24,000 nucleotides of DNA from Candidatus Jordarchaeia archaeon. GTDB taxonomy: Archaea; Asgardarchaeota; Jordiarchaeia; Jordiarchaeales; Jordiarchaeaceae. The notes beneath the pieces were generated by a model, which saw only the letters and a list, made by a program, of their open reading frames with translations, did no database searches and was not told the DNA's origin. Below, piece after piece: positions 17,636 to 24,000 of this stretch. Where the stretch lies: NCBI GenBank assembly GCA_029856435.1, contig JAHQXB010000179.1:16988-40987 (forward strand), read 5' to 3'. The stretch's first letter is position 1. The number at the start of each line of letters is the position of its first letter. The position numbers were made by a program, and so were the translations under genes.

Positions 17636-19339
17636 TCAGCGTATTCCTCTTGTGGCCTTTTCCGCATCGATTCCTCTTAGTCTTGAGCTTGCTTTTAGAT
17701 TTAGCGGCGGAAACGCTACGGGATCTATTTTCACATCTATTACAGCTGGTTTTCCACAATCCAGTGCGCTTTTTACCGTGTCGGCAATCTCGCTTGGTTT
17801 CTCTACCGTCCAGCCACATGCTCCGAAGTTCTCAGCTACTTTAGCAAAATTGGGGTTGGTGTAATCATTACCGAAATCTGTACCGAAGTTTACCTTTTGG
17901 AACATCTTTGGCGCAGCGTAGCAGTTGTTATTCATAATAATTGTTACCACATTGAAGCCACATCTCACAGCGGTTTCCAAGTCCATTATGGTCATCATAA
18001 AGTCCCCATCTCCCACCAGACAAACCACAGGTTCTTCGGGTTTAGCGGCCTTTGCGCCTATCGCTGCGGGGAATGCGAAACCCATAGCTCCCAGATTAAC
18101 CGAACCAATGAATGTTCTGGGGTGAATTGTCTTTGTATAAGCAGTTATGAACAAGCGATGAAGCCCAGCTCCAGAGACAATTATGGACTTTTTAGGAATA
18201 GTATTTTGCACGTCCCGAAGCAAACGCTGAGGCTTCACAGGTGCACTTTCCGAATCTACATCAGCTCCCCAGATGGCGTTCCACTCCTCCTTCTTCTTTT
18301 TTATTTCTTCCGCCCTTGAAGATGACTTTTTTACCGCTCCCCTAGAATCAAGGATTTTTATCATCTCTAAAAGCACAGTTTTCGCGTCTCCCACGATGCC
18401 ATATTCACAGTGATAATTTTGACCTATTGATGAGGGATCAATATTGATTTGAATGATATCCCCTTTTATTGGAGTTGTGAAGTTGTAGGTGGTCAGGGAA
18501 GAAATAGTACAACCCACTGCAAGGACTACATCAGCCTCCTCTAGGGCGTCATCAGCTACACTAATTCCCCCACACCAGCCGCTTACTCCCAATGCTAAGG
18601 GGTGATCCTCGGGGAAGCATCCTCTGCCATTCTGAGTTGTTGTTACAGGTATCTGAAGCATCTCTGATATTATTCTAAGCTCTTCTGAAGCATTAGACCA
18701 TATTACTCCCCCACCAGCCAAAATCACCGGTTTTTCGGCTTCTATCAATCTATCCGTTGCTTCCTCAATGATTGAGGGAGAAACTATTTGTGAATCAACT
18801 CTAATTGGAAAGTCTGGCTCCACCTCTCCTTCCTCATTGTATATGTCCTCAGGCATCTCTACCATAACTGGTCCTGGTCTACCCGCTCTTGCTAGGTAAA
18901 AAGCATTATTGATGATCCTTGGAATCTCGCTTACACGTCCGATGCGTTGGCAGGATTTGGTATAGGGCTTAAGAACTGCAAACTGGTTAGCCTCACCAAA
19001 GATTTCGCGTCCAATAAGTTTCCTCTCTACTTGGCCCGCGAGTAGAACAACTGGGGAGGAATCCCTATAGGCATCGACTATACTAAGCACACCGTTTAAC
19101 GTTCCAGGGCCAGAATGCATCTGGCAAACGCCAACTCTTCCGCTGGCGCGAGCATAACCATCGGCCATGCTACCTGCGCACCGCTCATGACGCGCAACCA
19201 CATACTTTATGCGGTTCTCCGTGCTCAGGGCAGATAAGAATCCAGCAACAGAAGTGCCACAAATACCGAATATGTATTCCACATCATTTTCTACAAGTGC
19301 ATCCACAATTGCCTTATTTCCCTTTACAGTAACCATCAA
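17636..19339 (-). CDS. thiamine-diphosphate enzyme, acetolactate synthase-like (second paralogue)
   Basis: Motifs 'ARHERCAGSMADGYARASGRVGVCQMHSGPGTLN', 'GRPGPVMVEMPEDI' and 'LVGDGDFMMT...NNN'. Length 567 aa. Confidence 0.85.
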   Translation of the reverse strand: MMVTVKGNKAIVDALVENDVEYIFGICGTSVAGFLSALSTENRIKYVVARHERCAGSMADGYARASGRVGVCQMHSGPGTLNGVLSIVDAYRDSSPVVLLAGQVERKLIGREIFGEANQFAVLKPYTKSCQRIGRVSEIPRIINNAFYLARAGRPGPVMVEMPEDIYNEEGEVEPDFPIRVDSQIVSPSIIEEATDRLIEAEKPVILAGGGVIWSNASEELRIISEMLQIPVTTTQNGRGCFPEDHPLALGVSGWCGGISVADDALEEADVVLAVGCTISSLTTYNFTTPIKGDIIQINIDPSSIGQNYHCEYGIVGDAKTVLLEMIKILDSRGAVKKSSSRAEEIKKKKEEWNAIWGADVDSESAPVKPQRLLRDVQNTIPKKSIIVSGAGLHRLFITAYTKTIHPRTFIGSVNLGAMGFAFPAAIGAKAAKPEEPVVCLVGDGDFMMTIMDLETAVRCGFNVVTIIMNNNCYAAPKMFQKVNFGTDFGNDYTNPNFAKVAENFGACGWTVEKPSEIADTVKSALDCGKPAVIDVKIDPVAFPPLNLKASSRLRGIDAEKATRGIR

Positions 19340-19525
19340 TTTTAGCCTCCTAATCTTTAGTTATACACGTTACAATATAAAAAGAATTATGCCGACCCCT
19401 AAAAATAAAATCATCTATCCTCTCCACCTATCTCTCTATTGATACCTTAAAAGCAATATTCGCCCTCCTCGGAAACACCACAAATCCCTTTTTTATCCTA
19501 ATTCGTAGGAAGACTAATATGCTTG

Positions 19526-21118
19526 ATGTTCAAAATTGAATTAAATCACTTTATGGAGGAAATTTTTGTGGACAAATTCCCTTGGTGGAATGAAACTCAA
19601 AAAAAGCTTGCAGATGAGGTAGAAGCCTTCGCAGACCAATACTACCCGGACGCAGAAGAAGCCGCTTGGAGGAAGCAAACTCCTTGGAAAGTTCTAAACG
19701 CCGTAAAAGAAAAAGGATGGTTCGGAGCACTAATCCCCAAAAGGTATGGGGGAATGCGGGAGGAATTAGCAATAACAGGTGCCTGCATAATAAACGAGGG
19801 AATATCAAGACTGGGGGTAGTAGGAACAATATATGGGGGATCTCAATTCGGAGGAGTTCATCAAATCGAAACCTTTGGAACCGATGAGCAGCGTGAGAGA
19901 TGGCTACCGGCAATGGCAACCGGCGAAAAAATTGGCGCAATATGCATTACTGAACCGCCAGTAGGTTCAGATGCAGCTGCGGTGGCAACAGAGGCTAAAC
20001 TGGAGGGAGACTATTATGTCCTCAATGGTAAGAAAAGATTTACCACAGGTCTGGGAATCGCAGACATATATATGTTATACGCTAGAACCAGTCAAGACCC
20101 CAAAGACAGGGCGGCAAACAGACATCTAACCGCATTTATTGTTGAAAAAGGTATGAAAGGATTCACAGTGGAAAAAATTAACGAACTATGCGGGGGAGAC
20201 GGGTTACTTAACGGATATCTTAACCTAGACGAAGTAAAAGTACCAGTAGGAAACCGTTTAGCTGGAGAGGGAGATGGCTGGACAATTATGATGTCCGGCT
20301 TAAACGTGGAGAGAACCATAGCTTCATCCCAACTACTCGGACAAATGAAGGAATCAATAAGATTCGCTCACTTCCACTCGCAAAGAAGAGTCCAATTCGA
20401 CCAGCCCACAATGCTCGCCCAAACCAACCAGTTCAAAATAGCGGACATGATAATGCGCCTCAAAACCTGCAGACTACTCGTCTACTATGCGGCACACCTC
20501 CTAGACATTGGAGGAGGAGGCCCCTATGGACCAGTAATAGAAGCCACAGCTGCAAAACTTATGACCTCCGAATCATACGTTTGGACCTCAGCCAACGCCA
20601 TGCAAGTAATGGGTGGAGACGGTTGGACACGTTTTTACCCAGTTGAAGCAGCATACAGAGCCTCTAAAGTAACTGAGATTGCCGCCGGAACGAGTGAAGT
20701 TATGCGTATGATACTCTACCGCTTGGGCACAAGACTCATGGAAAACGAGATAAAGCCTCCACGGAGAGTTATTCACCCTGAACTTAAGGTTCCCCTTGAC
20801 CATTTCGATAAGGTTCCTGATTCAGAAAAAATGAAGATAACTGAGGAAAACGTAATTCAGGTGCTTGCCGAGAACTACCGGGTAAATCCGGGTTTGTACA
20901 TGTCTCGTGAAGACCTTTTAATGTATTTGAAGGGAACCGAGGAAGAACTCGACGAAGTTCTTATGGAGCTAGAGGAAAAGAAGCTTGCGGTCTTGAGTAG
21001 AGACCGGAGGGGCGTGATTAAACTAGCGAATGCCACTTACGCCGGCCTTAAGAAAGCTCATCCGCTGGAATATTATCAGTACTATCCGAAGTGGGTAAAT
21101 ATTAATGAGCTATTCTAA
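19526..21118 (+). CDS. acyl-CoA dehydrogenase (IVD/LCAD-type active site) with a C-terminal extension of about 115 aa
   Basis: Motifs 'ITEPPVGSDAAAV', 'GDGWTIMMSGLNVERT' and 'KVTEIAAGTSEVMRMIL'. The start is ambiguous: TTG 19523, ATG 19526, ATG 19553, or GTG 19568, which follows 'GGAGG' at 19555-19559. Confidence 0.85.
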   Translation: MFKIELNHFMEEIFVDKFPWWNETQKKLADEVEAFADQYYPDAEEAAWRKQTPWKVLNAVKEKGWFGALIPKRYGGMREELAITGACIINEGISRLGVVGTIYGGSQFGGVHQIETFGTDEQRERWLPAMATGEKIGAICITEPPVGSDAAAVATEAKLEGDYYVLNGKKRFTTGLGIADIYMLYARTSQDPKDRAANRHLTAFIVEKGMKGFTVEKINELCGGDGLLNGYLNLDEVKVPVGNRLAGEGDGWTIMMSGLNVERTIASSQLLGQMKESIRFAHFHSQRRVQFDQPTMLAQTNQFKIADMIMRLKTCRLLVYYAAHLLDIGGGGPYGPVIEATAAKLMTSESYVWTSANAMQVMGGDGWTRFYPVEAAYRASKVTEIAAGTSEVMRMILYRLGTRLMENEIKPPRRVIHPELKVPLDHFDKVPDSEKMKITEENVIQVLAENYRVNPGLYMSREDLLMYLKGTEEELDEVLMELEEKKLAVLSRDRRGVIKLANATYAGLKKAHPLEYYQYYPKWVNINELF

Positions 21119-21341
21119 AAACCCACTCTTCCCCCCTCTTTTAGTTGGAATATGCGGAGATTGGTGCAGACTGTAGATGTGGAGATTACGCTGCAAGTGT
21201 AATCGCCGCTCTCGGCAGAAGTTCGAATCATCCACTAAAATGAGAGAGATAGATGTTACTCTCAGTTCCTTTATTTATTCACTGTCTCTATGTGAAAAAT
21301 TTTCTACTATAAAGTTGGGAGCTTGCGTATTTGGCTACTTT

Positions 21342-23108
21342 TCATATGGTTTCAGGATGCATCATCCTTTCCATTAGGCTCTTATCTATCTGTTTCAGTT
21401 CTTCCTCCTTCTCTAATAATTTTCTAATCTTCTCGTCCATAATTCGTTTTCTTTCTACTGCCAGTCTTTCCTCTTCTCCACTTTCTCTTTGTTTCGCCAC
21501 GTTGATAAAATCGTCAATTCTTAAAATGGCGTTGGCGGTTTCACCTGCGGCTATAAGTGCGTGCTTTTTGACTTTGTACACCTCCACCAATCCTTTTTCC
21601 ATCACATCTTCGACTTCCCGTTTTAAAGCGTTGACTCCCAGATTTGTGAAGCCGTTATTATGTCTGGCCCTTAACTCCATCAAAACATTAATGGGGTCTA
21701 GTCCAGCGTTGGTTGCGAGGGTCTTCGGAATAGCTTCCATGGCAGACGCAAAGGCTTCTATTGCCAGCTGTTCCCTTCCCTTAAATGTTCTTGAAAATTC
21801 TCTTAGTTCACCTGCCACCTCCATTTCTGTGGCGCCGCCGCCCGCAATGATTTTTCCGCACTCAATTGTAACAGCCACAGCTTTAAGGCTGGCTTTAATA
21901 ATCCTCTCCAATTCTTCCATTGCTTGTTCCGTTCCCCCTCGGATAAGGATTGAGGTAGCCTTCGGGTTTTTGCAGCGATCAATAAACAGCATCTCGTCAC
22001 CCGAGATTTTTCTAAACTCCACCAAACCAGCTTCGCCCAAGTCTTTTTCGCTTAACTCGTTTATGTTTGAAACGATTTTGCCTCCGGTGGCCTTCTCCAA
22101 TCTTACCATATCTTTCTTTCCAGTCATGTCCAGAGCTATTATCCCCTCCCGGGCAAAGCAGCTAAGTATTGATTCACTAATACGCTTACAGCAGAACAAA
22201 ACTCGTGCACCAACACGTTTAACGTTCTCCACGATTCCCCTGTTAAATTCCTTCTCCTCCACAATGAATTCTTTCAGTTGCTCCGGCATCTTAATTAAAT
22301 ATTCTTTTCTCCAATCCACGTTTTTCCGCGCGAAGGGTTCAAGTGAACAGTTAAGCAGAGCAATTTTGGCATTCTCAACCCTCCAAGGCATTCTTGGATG
22401 AGGCCTGCCTTTATATATGATTACTCCATTCATTAATTTCGAATCGTTCAGGCTTCCTCCGCCCTTTTTTGTTAAATCAACATTATCCACATTCACAACT
22501 ATTTTGCCCAAATCTTCCTCCGCAACACGTCTAGCAGCAATAACAACTATTTCGGCAAGATGGTTCTGCAAATCCATAGCTATTCTGCTTCCCATAACTG
22601 TTCGTACAACATTTTTCAATACTTCATCGTCTTCTATAGACACTGGTTTCGACAAGCGTTCTAAAATCTCCAAAGTTTTCTTAATGGCCTCTTCATACCC
22701 TCTAATTATAACTGTGGGATGAATATTTTGACCCAGCAACTTACCTGCTTCCTTAAGCAGTTCAGCTGCAAGTATTACAGCCGTCTTCGTACCATCACCA
22801 GCAGTAGTATACTGTGTCTTCGCAACATCTATGAGAATTCTAGCTATGGGGTGTGTAACATTTAATTTCTCCAATGTTGTCTTTCCCTCACTTGTAATCA
22901 CCACATCCCCTGTAGCAGTGACTAACATTTTGCTCATTCCCTTAGGTCCCAGCATCGTTTTCAGAATCTCGGAAATCACGGTTGCGACCATAATGCTCGT
23001 TCTTCTAGCCTCCTTATGTCTAACATGATCCCTAAACAAAGTAGAAATTGCATGAGTGGTGCGTGTTGCTGCCAGGTTAACCACCTCATTTAGGCAACTA
23101 AAATCCAA
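21342..23108 (-). CDS. group II chaperonin (thermosome/CCT family), divergent paralogue
   Basis: Motifs 'LGPKGMSKMLV', 'HPIARILIDVAKTQ', 'GDGTKTAVILAAELL', 'IHPTVIIRGY', 'AGGGATEMEVA' and 'ILRIDDFI'. The start is uncertain: TTG 23108 as listed, or an in-frame GTG at about 23084. Confidence 0.85.
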   Translation of the reverse strand: MDFSCLNEVVNLAATRTTHAISTLFRDHVRHKEARRTSIMVATVISEILKTMLGPKGMSKMLVTATGDVVITSEGKTTLEKLNVTHPIARILIDVAKTQYTTAGDGTKTAVILAAELLKEAGKLLGQNIHPTVIIRGYEEAIKKTLEILERLSKPVSIEDDEVLKNVVRTVMGSRIAMDLQNHLAEIVVIAARRVAEEDLGKIVVNVDNVDLTKKGGGSLNDSKLMNGVIIYKGRPHPRMPWRVENAKIALLNCSLEPFARKNVDWRKEYLIKMPEQLKEFIVEEKEFNRGIVENVKRVGARVLFCCKRISESILSCFAREGIIALDMTGKKDMVRLEKATGGKIVSNINELSEKDLGEAGLVEFRKISGDEMLFIDRCKNPKATSILIRGGTEQAMEELERIIKASLKAVAVTIECGKIIAGGGATEMEVAGELREFSRTFKGREQLAIEAFASAMEAIPKTLATNAGLDPINVLMELRARHNNGFTNLGVNALKREVEDVMEKGLVEVYKVKKHALIAAGETANAILRIDDFINVAKQRESGEEERLAVERKRIMDEKIRKLLEKEEELKQIDKSLMERMMHPETI

Positions 23109-23189
23109 TTTAAAAACGTTCCAGAATTAGATTAAACTCTCAACTTAAATAATATAAGCTTATTTATCTTCTCATAAGTTAAACTTACC

Positions 23190-23206
23190 ATAAATGCTGC
23201 ATTTAT
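23190..23206. promoter_or_regulatory. perfect 17-bp palindrome upstream of the chaperonin gene (candidate operator)
   Basis: 'ATAAATGC T GCATTTAT' has 8-bp arms and a 1-nt spacer. It lies 82-98 bp upstream of the listed chaperonin start, beyond the A/T-rich TATA-like tract at about 23148-23160. Confidence 0.25.
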
Positions 23207-23319
23207 GCGGCATGGAGAGTGGCGAACTGTTTAATATTGCCCTCGCAGAACTGGATTTCCTCTTGGATCTCCTTCAACTACCCTTCAAGCTCTTCCTTAT
23301 ACCAAAAAGGGCTCAAAAA

Positions 23320-23504
23320 CCACATGTTTAGGCAGCACTCCTGTTTGTAGGGATCTGTTTTTGTGGCTGGCTTTGAGAGAAACCATTTTCCCCTCTTTTT
23401 TAACACCTTGTTTAGAAAAATGGAGGTGGGAAGGGATGCAGAGGCAGGCTAAAGGCAAGGCCACCACAAAAATTCAGCCCCCGGAGTGTTGCTTAAACAT
23501 ATGG
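23320..23504 (+). repeat. copy B1 of the element
   Basis: The left arm 'CCACATGTTTAGGCAGCACTCC' (23320-23341) is the inverted complement of the right arm 'GGAGTGTTGCTTAAACATATGG' (23483-23504). That gives 19 Watson-Crick pairs, 2 G:T and 1 mismatch out of 22. Confidence 0.65.
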
Positions 23505-23679
23505 GACAGACTCCTTATGGCTGGTTTTTATGGCGTTATCGCCCTGGATCTTTTCCTCTGTACGCCTTCCAGCTCCCATTTTTATACATTTTTATGTCAA
23601 AAATGGGGAGAACTTCCTCTCAAAAAGTCCAGCTACAAAAAATGAATCCTACAAATAGGAGTGATGCTTAAACATATGG
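23498..23679 (+). repeat. copy B2 of the element, abutting B1
   Basis: The right arm 'GGAGTGATGCTTAAACATATGG' (23658-23679) matches the B1 right arm at 21 of 22 positions. The shortened left arm 'CATATGGGACAGACTCC' shares the CATATG core with the B1 right arm. The internal 'TTATGGCTGGTTTTT' is identical to copy A. Confidence 0.6.
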
Positions 23680-23742
23680 TTTTTACTTCGCCTTCCCTCC
23701 CAAAAAGGGTAGAAAAAGGCTTATTTCCGGAAACTAAAAATT

Positions 23743-23932
23743 CCCGTATGTTCAATTAAAGACACTGGGACATGGGAATTTGTTTGTGGTGACTTTTTGG
23801 AAACGTCTCGTTTCCTGTTTTTCGCTCCACACCGTTACCTGATTTTTAACACCTGTATAGAGTATTTTAGGTGCAGGAACGCGTAATAATTTTGAAAAGT
23901 TTTTTGTCATTTGGTGTCCCGGGCATAAACGG
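23743..23932 (+). repeat. copy B3 of the element (more divergent)
   Basis: Collinear matches to B1: 'CCCGTATGTT', 'GGGAATTTGTTTGTGGTGACTTTTT' (against 'GGGATCTGTTTTTGTGGCTGGCTTT'), 'GATTTTTAACACCTGTATAG' (against 'CTTTTTTAACACCTTGTTTAG'), and a weak right arm 'GGTGTCCCGGGCATAAACGG'. The length is similar at about 190 bp. Confidence 0.4.
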
Positions 23933-24000
23933 TTAATGAAGTCTTCTTTTCCCCAAAAAAAGCGTTTTTTGCCCTCTTTTTCACGGAGACCAATATAACT

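Noticed and set aside
21221-21229. 'GTTCGAATC', a tRNA T-loop-like string, near a 6-bp hairpin (21184-21204) in the convergent gap after the ACAD gene.
   Set aside because: The flanking bases do not form a T-stem, acceptor stem or anticodon arm, so no cloverleaf could be drawn. It is probably just 3'-UTR or terminator sequence.
21331-22401. A 356-aa plus-strand ORF antisense to the chaperonin gene.
   Set aside because: The Ser/Leu/Ile-rich low-complexity translation is typical of a shadow frame opposite purine-rich (GAR/AAR) codons. The minus-strand product has unmistakable chaperonin motifs.
23361-23671. ORFs of 94 aa (23361-23645) and 61 aa (23486-23671) in the region upstream of the chaperonin.
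   Set aside because: Both are composed of repeat copies B1 and B2 with no conserved frame across copies, and I recognised no protein motifs.
23320-23932. Could the tandem repeats be a CRISPR array?
   Set aside because: The units are about 185 bp and diverged. They abut or overlap instead of alternating short identical repeats with unique spacers, and no cas genes are present.
23752-24000. An open minus-strand frame of 83 codons running in from the window end, with its stop at 23752-23754. It could be the 3' end of a gene or transposase.
   Set aside because: Most of it coincides with divergent repeat copy B3, I recognised no family motif, and there is no start in the window. It cannot be excluded that a real gene, for example the element's parent IS, extends beyond 24000, so the sequence downstream should be checked.

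Overview
The window looks like an archaeal chromosomal segment. Supporting signs are a group II chaperonin, a tungsten-type aldehyde:ferredoxin oxidoreductase, a herA-nurA pair, GGAGGTGA-like ribosome-binding sites and oligo-T tracts after genes. I support 17 protein-coding genes. Bases 2-3178 hold a 5'-truncated herA, then nurA, then a tightly coupled orphan ORF. Bases 3184-21118 are a dense redox and 2-oxoacid/aldehyde neighbourhood: SCP2 protein with Fe-alcohol dehydrogenase; a DUF362-ferredoxin fusion with AOR and a MoaD/ThiS-like protein; a Gfo/Idh/MocA oxidoreductase; two acetolactate-synthase-like ThDP enzymes; ilvD; a GlcD/GlcF-like FAD/Fe-S 2-hydroxyacid oxidoreductase pair; and an IVD-type acyl-CoA dehydrogenase with an extra C-terminal domain. 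Bases 21342-23108 encode a divergent thermosome paralogue. No rRNA, tRNA or CRISPR array could be supported. The signal least explained by the gene calls is a family of roughly 185-bp intergenic elements bounded by imperfect 22-nt inverted repeats. One copy lies at 17.3 kb and three abutting copies lie at 23.3-23.9 kb, with possible degenerate relatives in two other intergenic regions. Other items worth follow-up are the herA-nurA-orphan module, the DUF362-Fdx/AOR/MoaD-like operon, the extended acyl-CoA dehydrogenase and the atypical chaperonin. All family assignments come from motif recognition by eye; no database search was run.
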